DNA from: Minisyncoccia bacterium | Lineage (GTDB): Bacteria; Patescibacteriota; Minisyncoccia; Phycocordibacterales; UBA9973 | Direction of reading: 5' to 3' | DNA: 64,000 nucleotides | NCBI GenBank assembly: GCA_049317285.1 | Contig: JBMOIO010000004.1 | Location: forward strand, 2,994 to 66,993 | Part shown: positions 50,451 to 61,615 of the stretch, piece after piece | Numbering within the stretch: position 1 is the stretch's first letter | Layout of the letters: the number at the start of each line of letters is the position of its first letter | Notes under the pieces: generated by a model | What the model saw: only the letters and a program-made list of their open reading frames with translations | Told to the model about the DNA's origin: nothing | The model's database searches: none | Program-made: the position numbers and the translations under genes

Positions 50451-51638
50451 ATGCTCAAATTCACGATACAAAAGAAATTAGACGGAACACTTGCGCGAGC
50501 GGGGGTTATTGAGACGTCGAACGGCAAGATTGAAACGCCTGCATTTGTGACCGTAGGAACAAAGGCTGCCGTAAAAGCGCTCACCGCTGAGCAAGTGCGC
50601 AGTTTAAACGCACAAGTAGTGCTCGCGAATACGTACCATCTGTATCTTCAACCAGGACCCGATATCATAGAAAAAGCAGGCGGCTTTGGTCCGTTTATGG
50701 ACTGGCACGGGCCGACCATGACTGACTCGGGCGGGTTTCAGGCGTTTTCTCTTGGCGCTGCATTTGGAAGCCACGTGAGCAAAGTAACGCGCAATAACGA
50801 TGCGCCACTTGAAGACACTTCGGCGACAAAAGGACAGCTTGCAACCGTGACCGATGAAGGGGTTGAATTCAAGAGTCATATCGACGGAAGTAAACATTTA
50901 TTTACTCCGGAGCGAAGCATGGAAATACAGTGGAAACTTGGCGCGGATATGATATTTGCATTTGATGAGTGCACGAGCCCTACAGCTGCATATGAATACC
51001 AAAAGAAATCCCTTGACCGAACCTACGAGTGGGCAGTGCGAAGCCTCGCTCGCCACGAAGAATTGGACACTGAAAAAAAGCAGTCGATATTTGGCGTGAT
51101 ACAAGGCGGGCGCCACCAAGACTTGCGCGAAGAGGCTGCGCGAACGCTCGGAGCACTTGATTTCGACGGCTACGGTATCGGAGGCTCGTTTACGAAAGAC
51201 GATATCGGCAATGCAGTAGGGTGGGTCAATGCAATCCTGCCGTAAGACAAGCCGCGCCATTTGCTTGGCATCGGGGAACCTGTGGATATTTTTAATGCAG
51301 TAGAGGCAGGATGCGATTTGTTTGACTGTATTGCACCGACTCGTATGGGGCGCCATGGCACTATTCACACCGCAGACGGACGTATCAATATCAAGAACTC
51401 GGCCTTTATGACAGATTTTTCTCCGATTGAAAAAGACTGTACCTGCTACACCTGTACGCACCACACTCGCGCGTACATTGCACATCTCTTTCGTGCAAAC
51501 GAGTCAGCTGCCGGCACGCTTGCATCGATCCATAACCTTCATTTTATTTTACGGTTAGTAGAAAGTATGCGCGCAAGCATTCTTGACGGAAGTTTTGCAC
51601 AGCACAAGCAGTCTTTTATTGCACGCTACTACAAATAA
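50451..51638 (+). pseudogene. tgt: Queuine tRNA-ribosyltransferase interrupted by an in-frame TAA (51243-51245)
   Basis: NTYHL, TDSGGFQ, FDEC, then ILP*DKPRHLLGIG, FDC and CTCYTC continuing in the same frame. Confidence 0.85.
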
Positions 51639-51666
51639 CAATAAAGGGGTGGTATACTTTAGGCGT

Positions 51667-51837
51667 ATGTTTTCAGTCCGCAAATCACTTGTTTATTTTT
51701 TGGTTTTCGTTGTTATCGGAGCATTTGTTGTGTATAACATCGTTAATACTGCATGGGACGGTACGTATGATTATGACAAGGAGTATGGCTATGCCGTGGG
51801 GAATACCGACGAATATACTCCCGACCCGGTTCAATAA
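51667..51837 (+). CDS. Small membrane protein (56 aa)
   Basis: TM plus acidic tail, TATACT upstream and terminator AAAGAAGAGCGC/GCGCTCTTCTTT. Confidence 0.55.
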   Translation: MFSVRKSLVYFLVFVVIGAFVVYNIVNTAWDGTYDYDKEYGYAVGNTDEYTPDPVQ

Positions 51838-51881
51838 AGAAGAGCGCATAACAGCGCTCTTCTTTATGATATAGTGCTTTC

Positions 51882-53981
51882 ATGAAAAGCGGTGCATTTG
51901 AGCTCCATAGTGAGTTTCCGCCAGCCGGGGACCAGCCTGAAGCGATCAAGCAATTGATCAAGGGCGTGAAAAAGGGTTTGAAAAAACAAACCCTTTTAGG
52001 TGCGACCGGTACCGGAAAAACGTTTACCATGGCAAATGTCATTGCTGAAATCCAAAAGCCGACCTTGGTGATAGCTCACAACAAAACGCTTGCCGCCCAG
52101 CTTGCCAGCGAGTTTGAGGAATTTTTCCCGAACAATGCTGTGCACTATTTTGTTTCCTACTACGACTACTACCAGCCGGAAGCATACATGCCAGTGACCG
52201 ATACGTTTATCGAAAAAGACGCACAGATCAACAAAGAGATCGACCGTCTTCGTCATGCATCCACTCAGGCACTTCTGACGCGCAACGATGTGATCATTGT
52301 CGCCTCTGTTTCTTGTATCTATGGTCTCGGTTCCCCGGTGGAATACGAGAAAAAGAATTTTAAGATAGAGAAAGGGATGACACTTTCGCGCACCGAAGCA
52401 ATGCAGCGCTTGATCAGCATTCACTTTGAGCGCACTCCTGCCGATCTTTCACCTGCCAAATTCCGCGCACTCGGAAATAAAATCGAAGTGATGCCAGTGT
52501 CGGAGACATTTCAATACATGATCGAATTTTCCGGAAGCACCGTTTCTTCTATTTTAAAAATCGACCCAGTCTCTGCCCGTATTATCGCTGAAGAAGAGAC
52601 GGTGTATATCTTTCCGGCAAAGCACTTTGTCACTGATGTCAACGAAAAGGAGCGTGCTGCAAAAGACATTCAGCACGAGCTCAATGAACAGCTAAAGTAT
52701 TTTGAAGCAGAAGGAAAGCTTTTGGAAGCGGAGCGTATCAAGCGCCGTACCAACTACGATCTCGCGATGATCCGCGAGATGGGGTACTGCAGTGGTATTG
52801 AAAACTACTCCCGCCATATGTCCGGCAAAACTGTCGGCGAACCACCCGAAACATTGCTTTCGTATTTCCCAAAAAAACCTGATGGTAGTCCTGATTTCAT
52901 GCTCTTTATTGATGAGTCGCATGTGACTTTGCCGCAGCTGCAGGGAATGTATGCCGGCGACGCATCGCGCAAAAATACGCTCGTAGAATTCGGCTTTCGA
53001 TTACCTTCGGCAAAAGATAATAGGCCATTGAAGTACAATGAATTTGAAGAGCGTATTAATCAGGTGGTCTATGTTTCCGCAACACCAAGCACGCTTGAGC
53101 GCGAAAGCTCCGACGCAATCGTCGAGCAGATTATCCGCCCGACCGGTCTTGTCGACCCACTGGTTGAAGTGCGCCCCATTTTGGAAGAAAAAGCGGGCAA
53201 GTCCCCACTTCGCCCTGAGGGCTACGCGGGGCAAGTTTCGGACTTTATCACTGAAGTGGAAATCGAAATCAAAAAGGGTGGGCGTGTGCTCGCAACCACA
53301 CTCACTAAGCGCATGGCAGAAGACCTCTCAGCGTACTTAAAGGAAAAGAAAATAAAATCAGAATACTTGCACAGCGATATTAAAACAATTGAGCGTATTC
53401 AAATCATCACCAAGTTCCGCAAGGGAGAGTTTGATGTCCTCGTTGGGGTGAACCTGCTTCGCGAAGGCTTGGATATGCCGGAGGTAACGCTTATTGGGAT
53501 ATTGGATGCCGACAAGGAAGGCTTTCTTCGAAGCGAGGTGTCGCTGATTCAGACAATCGGGCGTGCTGCCCGCAACTCAAACGGCCGGGTGATTCTCTAC
53601 GCTGACCATATCACCGGCTCGATGGATCGCGCGATGGGGGAGACAAAGCGCCGTCGCGATATTCAGCTTGCGTACAACAAAACGCACGGTATCACGCCGA
53701 AAACAATCCAAAAGAAGATTCGCGATATTTCTCAGGCACTTGAAAGCGAACATGCAAAAGCGGTGAACAAAGAGCTCGCGCTTGATATGGAGCTCTTTGC
53801 CGCAGAAGAGCTCGCAAACAAGGGCAAGAAAACAAAAGGAAAGAAAAACCCAATCGAGAAATTGATTGCTATCAAGGAAGCCGAAATGAAAGAGTCAGTA
53901 AAACTGCTCGACTTTGAAACAGCCGCAATCTTGCGCGACGAGATAAAAGTCCTTCGTGAGAAAACCTATATCAGCGAGTAA
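51882..53981 (+). CDS. uvrB: Excinuclease ABC subunit B
   Basis: GATGTGKT, YYDYYQPEAY, DESH, QTIGRAARN and UVR domain. Confidence 0.98.
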   Translation: MKSGAFELHSEFPPAGDQPEAIKQLIKGVKKGLKKQTLLGATGTGKTFTMANVIAEIQKPTLVIAHNKTLAAQLASEFEEFFPNNAVHYFVSYYDYYQPEAYMPVTDTFIEKDAQINKEIDRLRHASTQALLTRNDVIIVASVSCIYGLGSPVEYEKKNFKIEKGMTLSRTEAMQRLISIHFERTPADLSPAKFRALGNKIEVMPVSETFQYMIEFSGSTVSSILKIDPVSARIIAEEETVYIFPAKHFVTDVNEKERAAKDIQHELNEQLKYFEAEGKLLEAERIKRRTNYDLAMIREMGYCSGIENYSRHMSGKTVGEPPETLLSYFPKKPDGSPDFMLFIDESHVTLPQLQGMYAGDASRKNTLVEFGFRLPSAKDNRPLKYNEFEERINQVVYVSATPSTLERESSDAIVEQIIRPTGLVDPLVEVRPILEEKAGKSPLRPEGYAGQVSDFITEVEIEIKKGGRVLATTLTKRMAEDLSAYLKEKKIKSEYLHSDIKTIERIQIITKFRKGEFDVLVGVNLLREGLDMPEVTLIGILDADKEGFLRSEVSLIQTIGRAARNSNGRVILYADHITGSMDRAMGETKRRRDIQLAYNKTHGITPKTIQKKIRDISQALESEHAKAVNKELALDMELFAAEELANKGKKTKGKKNPIEKLIAIKEAEMKESVKLLDFETAAILRDEIKVLREKTYISE
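53203..53235. repeat. Family B palindrome in-frame within uvrB
   Basis: CCCCAC-TTC-GCCC-TGA-GGGC-TAC-GCGGGG-CAAG; encodes part of KSPLRPEGYAGQV. Confidence 0.75.
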
Positions 53982-53984
53982 TGA

Positions 53985-54428
53985 TTATTTCTTGAGTGGG
54001 TCGAGGTGCGAAACGATACCGATTGCAGCTGCAATGAGGGCGAGGTTTTTGATGATGTACTGCCCGACAAGGGTGGGAACAAACGGTGCGCTAAAGCTTT
54101 CGCTTGGAAGAAAAACAAGAGGGAGGGCAGTAGTTATCATGTGAATAAGAAGTAGTGGCATGACAACGCGCTCGGCACCTTTGATAAGAAAGAGAACACC
54201 GATGAGCATTTCAAATAATGCAAAAAGTGCGTAAAAGGTTGCAAACGGCATTGCCCAGGCAAGTGTTGTGTCAAAAAGCCCGTGAACCAGGGGTCCTGCA
54301 GGGGAAAGGCCAATAAGCTTTAGTGTCCCAAACCAAAAGAAAATAATAAAGAGGGAGCCACGCGCCACAGGGACTGAACTGCGGCGGAAAAAAGCTAGTA
54401 TTGTGCGGTCAATTTGTCGAATAGTCAT
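53985..54428 (-). CDS. DoxX/YkgB-like membrane protein
   Basis: FFWFGTLK, EMLIG and GQYIIKN. Confidence 0.75.
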   Translation of the reverse strand: MTIRQIDRTILAFFRRSSVPVARGSLFIIFFWFGTLKLIGLSPAGPLVHGLFDTTLAWAMPFATFYALFALFEMLIGVLFLIKGAERVVMPLLLIHMITTALPLVFLPSESFSAPFVPTLVGQYIIKNLALIAAAIGIVSHLDPLKK

Positions 54429-54487
54429 AGGAAACAGTGTATCATATGCCCCTTTTAAAAAGGGGGTATTTTTGCTATACTGTATTG

Positions 54488-57184
54488 ATGCCTACTACTC
54501 CCAAAGACTCTCCCAAGACTCCTAAAAATAGCGAAAAGCACAGCATTGACTACGGCACAATCGTGGTTAAGGGCGCACGCACGCACAACCTTAAAAATGT
54601 GAGTGTCGAAATGCCCCGTGGAAGAATGGTGGCGATCACTGGCCTTTCAGGTTCTGGAAAGTCTTCACTTGCTTTTGACACTATTTTTGCCGAAGGACAG
54701 CGCCGGTATGTCGAGTCGCTCTCTTCCTATGCCCGCCAATTTTTAAACCAAATGCCAAAGCCCGATGTCGATGAGATCACTGGCCTTTCGCCCGCTATTT
54801 CTATCGACCAAAAGTCGCGCTCTAACAACCCGCGCTCAACGGTAGCGACTATTACTGAAATCTACGACTACCTTCGTGTGCTCTATGCCCGTATTGGGAA
54901 AGCATATTGCCCGGTCTGTGGCACACTGATCACTCGTCTTTCAACTGACGAGATCAACGCATTCATCCTCGGCAAGATTAAGGAATTTTCTAAGACGAAG
55001 AAGGCGGATAAGGATGTGATGGGCGTCACCTTCAACGATACTCGCATACAAATTTTTGCCCCTGTCGTGCGCGGGCGAAAAGGCGAGTACTATCAGCTTT
55101 TGTATGATTTGCTCGGGCGCGGATTTTCAACTGTGCGTGTCGACGGCACCACACATAGCCTTCGCGAAAAGATCGAGCTTTCAAAAACAACAAAGCACAC
55201 TATTGAAGTATTGGTGGACGAGCTTGCTGTGCACGAATTCAAAGATAATCCGCGCGACTCAGAGCTCCGTCTTTCAGAAGCGGTAGAGCGCGCACTATTG
55301 GAAAGTGATGGATTGGTGCAAGTGGTGTTTGGCGTAAGTCCCGACTTTGCCATGCAGACTGACAGCCTGCAGGAATTTTTGATGTCGTCGAAATTTTCGT
55401 GTCCCAACGACGGCTTTTCATTTCCAGAAATCGAGCCACGATTGTTTTCATTTAACTCGCCGTATGGCGCGTGCCCGGAGTGTAATGGTATTGGGACCAA
55501 GTTTTTTGGCGGTAGCGAGCCCTGTACTGTTTGTAATGGCAAGCGCCTTCGTCCTGAAGCGCTTAACATCTTTTTAGGTGAAGGTCGTACTAAAAAAGGG
55601 GAGGCCGACCGTGGAGATTATGGGACTAATATTGTGGACCTCACTTCATTTTCTGTAGAACAGGCATTTGATTTCTTTGGTTCATTGAAACTCTCTGCAA
55701 AAGACAAAGAGGTTGCAACACCGATCTTGCGCGAAATCGAAGACCGCCTCACCTTTCTTTTGAATGTTGGCTTGGAATATCTCGCACTTTCTCGTACTGC
55801 AAACACACTCTCTGGCGGGGAAGCGCAACGCATCAGACTTGCATCCCAGCTTGGTTCTCGATTGGTGGGTGCTATGTATGTGCTCGACGAGCCGACGATT
55901 GGCTTGCATCAGCGCGACAACGAGCGCCTTATTAAAACGCTTTTGGACCTTCGCGATATCGGTAACACTATTATCGTAGTGGAGCATGATGAAGACACTA
56001 TCTTTGCTTCCGACTATTTGGTGGATATCGGCCCCGGTGCCGGCATTCATGGAGGAAATGTTGTGGTCTCTGGCTATCTTGACGACTTGCTTGCCGCAAA
56101 GAACAATGACTCAGGCTCGCGCACACTTGCCTATCTTCGGCGTGAAGAAGAAATTGCTATTCCTGAGAAACGACGCGATGACGACAAGGGAATGATCCGC
56201 ATTGTCGGCGCGCACTTGCATAATATTGTGAATCAAAACATTGAGCTTCCGCTTGGGCGCATGGTGTGTATCACTGGTGTATCAGGGAGCGGAAAAAGTA
56301 CTTTCCTTTATGAAGTGTTATACAAAAACCTCCAGGCTCGTTTTGAAAGAAAACTGCGGAGTGCGCAAATCTATAACTGCGCGTCTATTACTGGCACTGA
56401 ATATTTACAGCGAGCGATTATGATCGACCAGTCTGCTATCGGCCGCACCCCTCGCTCAAATATTGCGACGTATACTGGGGCATTTACTCATATTCGAGAA
56501 ATTTTTGCCGCAACCGAAGAAGCGCGCTTGCGCGGATGGAAGCTCAACCGCTTTTCATTTAATGTGAAAGGGGGGCGATGCGAAGCCTGCGAAGGAAACG
56601 GGCAGATCGCGGTGGAAATGCACTTTTTGCCGACAGTGTATGTGACGTGTGATGTCTGCAATGGCAAGCGCTTTGATAAAGAAACACTCACCGTCAAATA
56701 CAAAAAGAAAAACATTTATGACGTGCTCCAGCTTTCTGTTGAAGAGGCGCTCGAATTCTTTATAGATATTCCCGCTATTTCAGACCGCCTTAAAACGCTC
56801 TCTGATGTGGGATTGCACTATGTAAAACTGGGGCAGTCCGCAACAACTCTTTCCGGAGGTGAAGCGCAGCGGGTAAAAATCGCGTCCGAGTTGTATCGTC
56901 CGTACATGGAAAAAACAATGTATCTGTTGGACGAGCCGACGGTGGGACTCCACTATGACGACGTGAACAACCTCATTGGCGTGCTGAACCGCTTGGTGGC
57001 AAAAGGAAATACTGTTGTTGTGATCGAGCACAACCTCGACCTTATCAAGTGCGCGGACTGGCTGATCGACTTTGGTCCTGAAGGCGGAGTTCATGGCGGA
57101 AAGATTGTGGCAAAAGGAACACCTGAAGCGGTTGCAAATACTGCCAAGAGCTTCACCGGACAATACTTGAAAAAGATTTTGTAA
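54488..57184 (+). CDS. uvrA: Excinuclease ABC subunit A (insertion domain absent)
   Basis: GLSGSGKS, two [16 protein letters not shown] and Zn fingers. Confidence 0.98.
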   Translation: MPTTPKDSPKTPKNSEKHSIDYGTIVVKGARTHNLKNVSVEMPRGRMVAITGLSGSGKSSLAFDTIFAEGQRRYVESLSSYARQFLNQMPKPDVDEITGLSPAISIDQKSRSNNPRSTVATITEIYDYLRVLYARIGKAYCPVCGTLITRLSTDEINAFILGKIKEFSKTKKADKDVMGVTFNDTRIQIFAPVVRGRKGEYYQLLYDLLGRGFSTVRVDGTTHSLREKIELSKTTKHTIEVLVDELAVHEFKDNPRDSELRLSEAVERALLESDGLVQVVFGVSPDFAMQTDSLQEFLMSSKFSCPNDGFSFPEIEPRLFSFNSPYGACPECNGIGTKFFGGSEPCTVCNGKRLRPEALNIFLGEGRTKKGEADRGDYGTNIVDLTSFSVEQAFDFFGSLKLSAKDKEVATPILREIEDRLTFLLNVGLEYLALSRTANTLSGGEAQRIRLASQLGSRLVGAMYVLDEPTIGLHQRDNERLIKTLLDLRDIGNTIIVVEHDEDTIFASDYLVDIGPGAGIHGGNVVVSGYLDDLLAAKNNDSGSRTLAYLRREEEIAIPEKRRDDDKGMIRIVGAHLHNIVNQNIELPLGRMVCITGVSGSGKSTFLYEVLYKNLQARFERKLRSAQIYNCASITGTEYLQRAIMIDQSAIGRTPRSNIATYTGAFTHIREIFAATEEARLRGWKLNRFSFNVKGGRCEACEGNGQIAVEMHFLPTVYVTCDVCNGKRFDKETLTVKYKKKNIYDVLQLSVEEALEFFIDIPAISDRLKTLSDVGLHYVKLGQSATTLSGGEAQRVKIASELYRPYMEKTMYLLDEPTVGLHYDDVNNLIGVLNRLVAKGNTVVVIEHNLDLIKCADWLIDFGPEGGVHGGKIVAKGTPEAVANTAKSFTGQYLKKIL

Positions 57185-57822
57185 TGCTTACTCCAAAAGC
57201 ACAGGATATATGGAAAAAAATCGCCCCCGTGCTTTTGAAACAGTATCGGCGCGACAATACTTTTTTGGATTATAAAAACCCGTGGGAGCTTTCTGTTGCA
57301 GTGACTCTTTCCGCACAGACTACTGACGATATGGTAAACAAGGTGACCCCTGCATTGTTTAAAGCGTATCCTACACCCGAGAAATTGGCGAAAGCACCGA
57401 TTGGAAAAATTTCGGCACTTGTCAGCCGTCTGGGATTTTATCGCACCAAAGCGAAATATATAAAGGCAGCAGCAGAGGTGTTGGTACGAGAATTTAAGGG
57501 AGTGGTGCCCCATGACCCCGACCTTATCCAAAAACTTCCCGGTATTGGGCGCAAGGGCGCGATTGCAGTGATATCAAATGCCTATCCAAAATATAAAAAT
57601 ATTGGCATCCCGGTCGATACGCATGTGATTCGTTTTGTAAAACGTTTTGAGCTGACGCGCGCGACCGACCCTTCCAAAATAGAGCAAGACCTGCTTCAGA
57701 TTATTCCAAAAAAAGACTGGAAGCGCGCAGGCTACGCGATAAAAGAATACGGGCGAAAAGAGGGGAAGGCTCGGGGGTACAAGCCAGAGATCGACCCACT
57801 GATGAAAGCATTGAAAAAATAA
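57184..57822 (+). CDS. nth: Endonuclease III (no Fe-S cysteines)
   Basis: LSAQTTDDMVN, LPGIGRK and VDTHV. Confidence 0.9.
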   Translation: MLTPKAQDIWKKIAPVLLKQYRRDNTFLDYKNPWELSVAVTLSAQTTDDMVNKVTPALFKAYPTPEKLAKAPIGKISALVSRLGFYRTKAKYIKAAAEVLVREFKGVVPHDPDLIQKLPGIGRKGAIAVISNAYPKYKNIGIPVDTHVIRFVKRFELTRATDPSKIEQDLLQIIPKKDWKRAGYAIKEYGRKEGKARGYKPEIDPLMKALKK

Positions 57823-57853
57823 ACGCCATCGATTTTACTCGATGGCGTTATTA

Positions 57854-58108
57854 TTACGATTTAAAGCCAATCACTACTCTTGTTTTTGGTCGACCAATGT
57901 CAAACGATGATTTTGAAGCAAATTCATAGCACTCCCATATTTGATCTTCATTTAAACCGGTTTTTTCAGTGATGTAGGTAATGTTCTTTCGCAAGCGATC
58001 AACAGGGGGCATTCCTTCAAAAACGATTTCTATAATCTTTAGTATCCCCAGTTTATAAATTAGTTCTTTCTGATGGTTGTTAGGAGAGTTAAAGTCTAAA
58101 CTTTTCAT
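57854..58108 (-). CDS. Hypothetical protein (AT-rich ORFan)
   Basis: 84-aa ORF converging on the nth terminator AACGCCATCGA/TCGATGGCGTT. Confidence 0.5.
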   Translation of the reverse strand: MKSLDFNSPNNHQKELIYKLGILKIIEIVFEGMPPVDRLRKNITYITEKTGLNEDQIWECYEFASKSSFDIGRPKTRVVIGFKS

Positions 58109-58141
58109 ATTCTTAGTTTTTTGTTATAATACCACCATATT

Positions 58142-59389
58142 ATGCTTCGTCAAGAGTTAGACAATTTGAAACTGCCAAACACTCCGGGTGTGTATTTCTG
58201 GCGCAATGTCGCTGGGACTATTTTGTATATTGGCAAGGCAACAAGCTTGCGGGAGCGCACGCGCAGTTATTTTGCGCCGGATTTGATCAAAACCCGCGGG
58301 CCACGGCTTGTGGACATGGTGTTTAAGTCTACGACGGTTACTTGGCAAGAAACTGATAGTGTTTTGGAAGCACTGATTCTTGAAGCGAACCTCATCAAGA
58401 AACATCAGCCCTACTACAACCGCGACGAAAAGGATGACAAGAGCTTTAACTGTATCGCCCTTACCAAGGAAGCATATCCGCGTATCTTGTTGGTGCGCCA
58501 GAAAGATATTGATAGCAGGAATAAACTCATCACGTTACCAAAGCAAAAAGGAATACAAATTCCCTATGATGCAGTGTTTGGTCCGTACCCGCGCGGGTCT
58601 TCTTTGAAAGACGCGCTTGCTATTATCCGCAAGATTTTCCCCTTTCGTGACCGGGCAAGCGCCATGAAAGACAAGGAAATATTTTACCGCCAAATTGGCC
58701 TGGCCCCGGATGTCACCTCTGTTGAAGCGACAAAGCAATACAAGAAAAATATTGGGCGTATCAAGCTTATTTTGCAAGGGAAATTGAAGCCGTTGGTGGA
58801 AGCATTGAAAAAAGAAATGCTTACGAAAGCAAAAGCGGAGAAATTTGAAGAGGCAAATGAGTTGAAGCAAAAGATATTTGCGCTCGAGCATATCCAGGAT
58901 GTGTCTCTCATCAAGCGCGACTTGGTGACTGGCGGCGGCGCAAATGTATTTCGCATTGAGGCGTACGATGTGGCGCATATTTCCGGCAAACAGATGGTGG
59001 GTGTGATGACGGTGGTTGAGAATGCGACGACAAACAAAAACGAGTACCGCAAATTTATCATTCGCGGGTTTGAAAAAGCAAACGATGCGGGAGCGCTTCG
59101 CGAAATGCTTATGCGCCGTCTCGCGCACCCCGAGTGGTCGTACCCAAATGCAATCGTGGTGGACGGAAATATCATACAGATGAATGTGGCGACTGCAGTT
59201 TTGAGTGAATTAAAGCTCGACATACCGGTCATAGCGGTGACAAAAGATGAACGACATCGACCCAAAGCGATCAGTGGCCCAACTGAGATCATCGAACTTC
59301 ACAAATACGCAATCCTGCTTGCGAACAGCGAGTCGCACCGCTTTGCGCTTTCTTTCCATAAAGACAGACGAAGCAAAGCGATGGTATAG
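58142..59389 (+). CDS. uvrC: Excinuclease ABC subunit C (short form)
   Basis: PGVY...LYIGKA, EALILEANLIK, UVR domain, RIEAYDVAH and VVDG; no C-terminal HhH. Confidence 0.9.
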   Translation: MLRQELDNLKLPNTPGVYFWRNVAGTILYIGKATSLRERTRSYFAPDLIKTRGPRLVDMVFKSTTVTWQETDSVLEALILEANLIKKHQPYYNRDEKDDKSFNCIALTKEAYPRILLVRQKDIDSRNKLITLPKQKGIQIPYDAVFGPYPRGSSLKDALAIIRKIFPFRDRASAMKDKEIFYRQIGLAPDVTSVEATKQYKKNIGRIKLILQGKLKPLVEALKKEMLTKAKAEKFEEANELKQKIFALEHIQDVSLIKRDLVTGGGANVFRIEAYDVAHISGKQMVGVMTVVENATTNKNEYRKFIIRGFEKANDAGALREMLMRRLAHPEWSYPNAIVVDGNIIQMNVATAVLSELKLDIPVIAVTKDERHRPKAISGPTEIIELHKYAILLANSESHRFALSFHKDRRSKAMV

Positions 59390-59393
59390 GGTT

Positions 59394-59511
59394 TAATAAA
59401 ATGGGTATAGTCCTTGAGAACCGTCTAACGGAGGCTGTCTGAGCCGAGTTGGATAAAATTTCAGCAGAAATTTATGTGTGCGGTTCGAGGGGAGCTATAC
59501 CCATTTTATTA
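59394..59511. repeat. Family A structured dispersed repeat, copy 6 (opposite orientation)
   Basis: TAATAAAATGGGTATAG/CTATACCCATTTTATTA; GAACCG/CGGTTC; conserved core. Confidence 0.9.
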
Positions 59512-59556
59512 TTAACAGTAAGAAAAATTTTAGTTCGGAATGCTATACTATTTCTA

Positions 59557-60513
59557 ATGAAACGTATTGGTATTCTTCGCGGTGGCGTGAGCCCCGAATA
59601 TCACCTCTCTCTAAAGACAGGCGCAAATGTTGGTCGTGCACTTGCAGAGGCCGGCTTTGAAGCAATCGATATGCTCTTAGATAAAGATGGCGTGCTCCAT
59701 ATAAAAGGAGTGCCAGCAGATCTTGAAAAAACACAGTCGAGTGTGGACGCTGTATGGAATGCACTTCATGGCGAGTTTGGTGAAGACGGACAAGTCCAGC
59801 GCATGCTTGAGAGCTATGGGATTCCGTTTACTGGTTCAGGTACTTTGGCAAGCGCATTAGCTTTCAATAAAGCCACCGCAAAAGATACTGCAAAAAATTT
59901 AGGTCTCAATACCCCGCAGTCACTCCTTGTTATGCCTGACGGTACAGAAAGCGTGTCAGAAATAACACAGCGCATTTATAAAACAATGGCGCCACCGTGG
60001 GTACTCAAGCCGCTCACAGGGGGCGGAAGTGTCCGCGCATACTTTGCCTTTACTCCGCTTGAGCTTTCGCAGTTTGTCGACGACAGTGTGGGTCATGCCG
60101 CACCATTTTTAGCGGAGCAGTATATTGAGGGGCGGGAAGCGGCAGTGGGTGTGGTAAACGATTTTCGAAATGAAAGCGAGTACGTGTTGCCAGTGATGGA
60201 AATCCGCTCGCCCAGCCGCGGAGTCTTAAGTCACGGCATGCGCACTAGTGACGAGGACTATGCCGTGCCGACAGGGAGCTTTACCGCAAGCGAACGGGAA
60301 GAGCTAAGCACTCTTGCGCGAAAGCTCCACGCCACCTTTGATGCAAAAGACTATTCGCAGAGCGAATTTATTGTCGACAAGCGCGGGAAGATTTGGTTTA
60401 TCGAAATCGATACGCATCCACACCTCACAGATAACGCACCTTTTCTCAAGGCGCTCGATTCTGTCGGCTCAAGCTTGCAGGAATTTGTGAAATCAATTCT
60501 TGAGAATAAGTAA
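59557..60513 (+). CDS. ddl: D-alanine--D-alanine ligase family protein
   Basis: RGGVSPEY..SL, ALHGEFGEDG, PFTGSG, VLKP and EQYIEGRE. Confidence 0.88.
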   Translation: MKRIGILRGGVSPEYHLSLKTGANVGRALAEAGFEAIDMLLDKDGVLHIKGVPADLEKTQSSVDAVWNALHGEFGEDGQVQRMLESYGIPFTGSGTLASALAFNKATAKDTAKNLGLNTPQSLLVMPDGTESVSEITQRIYKTMAPPWVLKPLTGGGSVRAYFAFTPLELSQFVDDSVGHAAPFLAEQYIEGREAAVGVVNDFRNESEYVLPVMEIRSPSRGVLSHGMRTSDEDYAVPTGSFTASEREELSTLARKLHATFDAKDYSQSEFIVDKRGKIWFIEIDTHPHLTDNAPFLKALDSVGSSLQEFVKSILENK

Positions 60514-60531
60514 CAGTGCTACACTGTATTT

Positions 60532-61536
60532 ATGGAACACCACAACAAAGTAACCCCATACTTTTTCTTTATTACGCTCGGTACGCTGATTGCGCTTATC
60601 ACGAGCGTATCAGCATTTTTAAATCTGGTATTTGAAACACTCAACCATGTTTTCCCCGATATCCTTACTGAATCGTATGTTTCTGGATACTATTCATACT
60701 CGTTTGATGCTATCCGCACACCGCTTTCGCTGTTGATTATTGTCTTTCCTCTCTATCTTATATTGGAGCGCTTGTGGCGCAAGGCATCAGAGTCGAAATT
60801 ATCAGAGTGGAGTGACACGCTTCGCAAGTGGGCGCTGTACCTTGTCTTATTCTTAACAAGCGTGACCGTGATTGCTGACTTGGTAACATTGGTCCGCTAT
60901 TTTGTGAGCGGAGAAATCACTACACGCTTTATTTTGAAAGTTGTTATCGTACTTATCACAGCCGGTATGGTGGGGTGGTACTATATCCGTCGTTTGCGAA
61001 AGCCAGCTCCTGGTCATTGCGATATGTGGTTGATGATAAAAAGTATTGTCCTTGTACTTGGGGCAATCATTTGGGCATTTACCGTCATTGGGGGTCCAGG
61101 AAGTCAGCGTACACTTCGTCTTGATCAGCGAAGACTCGACGACCTTCAAGCAATCCAGTGGGCTGTAATCAACTACTGGCAGCAAAGCGAAACACTCCCT
61201 GCAGACTTATCCGCGCTTTCAACACCGCTTTCAGGGTACAAAGCGCCTGTTGATCCTGAGTTCCAAAAAGGAGCTGTGTATGAATACCGCGTAGTGGATG
61301 CAAAAACTAATTCCTTTGAATTGTGTGCAACCTTTACAGCAGCTTTGCCAAAAGGGTGGGTAAGTAATGGGGCAGGTGGAGCATATCCAATGCGCGACAG
61401 TGCTACTTCTGTCAGTTCTGCATTTCCTGCAAATGCACCCAATGAGGTGTGGGCACATGATGCGGGACGCACTTGTTTTACCCGAACCATCGACCCAGTA
61501 TTTTATCCGCCGTTTCCTAAAGAGGAAAAACGCTAA
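60532..61536 (+). CDS. DUF5671-like CPR membrane protein
   Basis: Multiple TMs, GEITTRF, LDQRRLDDL and FELCATF. Confidence 0.7.
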   Translation: MEHHNKVTPYFFFITLGTLIALITSVSAFLNLVFETLNHVFPDILTESYVSGYYSYSFDAIRTPLSLLIIVFPLYLILERLWRKASESKLSEWSDTLRKWALYLVLFLTSVTVIADLVTLVRYFVSGEITTRFILKVVIVLITAGMVGWYYIRRLRKPAPGHCDMWLMIKSIVLVLGAIIWAFTVIGGPGSQRTLRLDQRRLDDLQAIQWAVINYWQQSETLPADLSALSTPLSGYKAPVDPEFQKGAVYEYRVVDAKTNSFELCATFTAALPKGWVSNGAGGAYPMRDSATSVSSAFPANAPNEVWAHDAGRTCFTRTIDPVFYPPFPKEEKR

Positions 61537-61615
61537 AGTAAACAAAAACCGCCCAAAAATTTACCAGGCGGTTTTTGTTTGCCGTAGCCGTGGATTTATG
61601 GAACAATGAACTTCT

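Noticed and set aside
51243-51245. Stop-codon reassignment or code 25
   Set aside because: TAA, TAG and TGA all end genes normally and TGG encodes Trp throughout. This is an isolated case.
55325-55375. Possible repeat-derived insert in uvrA ([13 protein letters not shown])
   Set aside because: Only a weak TGCAG/CTGCA palindrome; it cannot be assigned to a family by eye.
59394-59511. Family A as a hammerhead ribozyme
   Set aside because: CTGA and GAAA occur, but not in the CUGANGA/GAAA/NUH junction arrangement, and CTGA is not conserved in copy 1.
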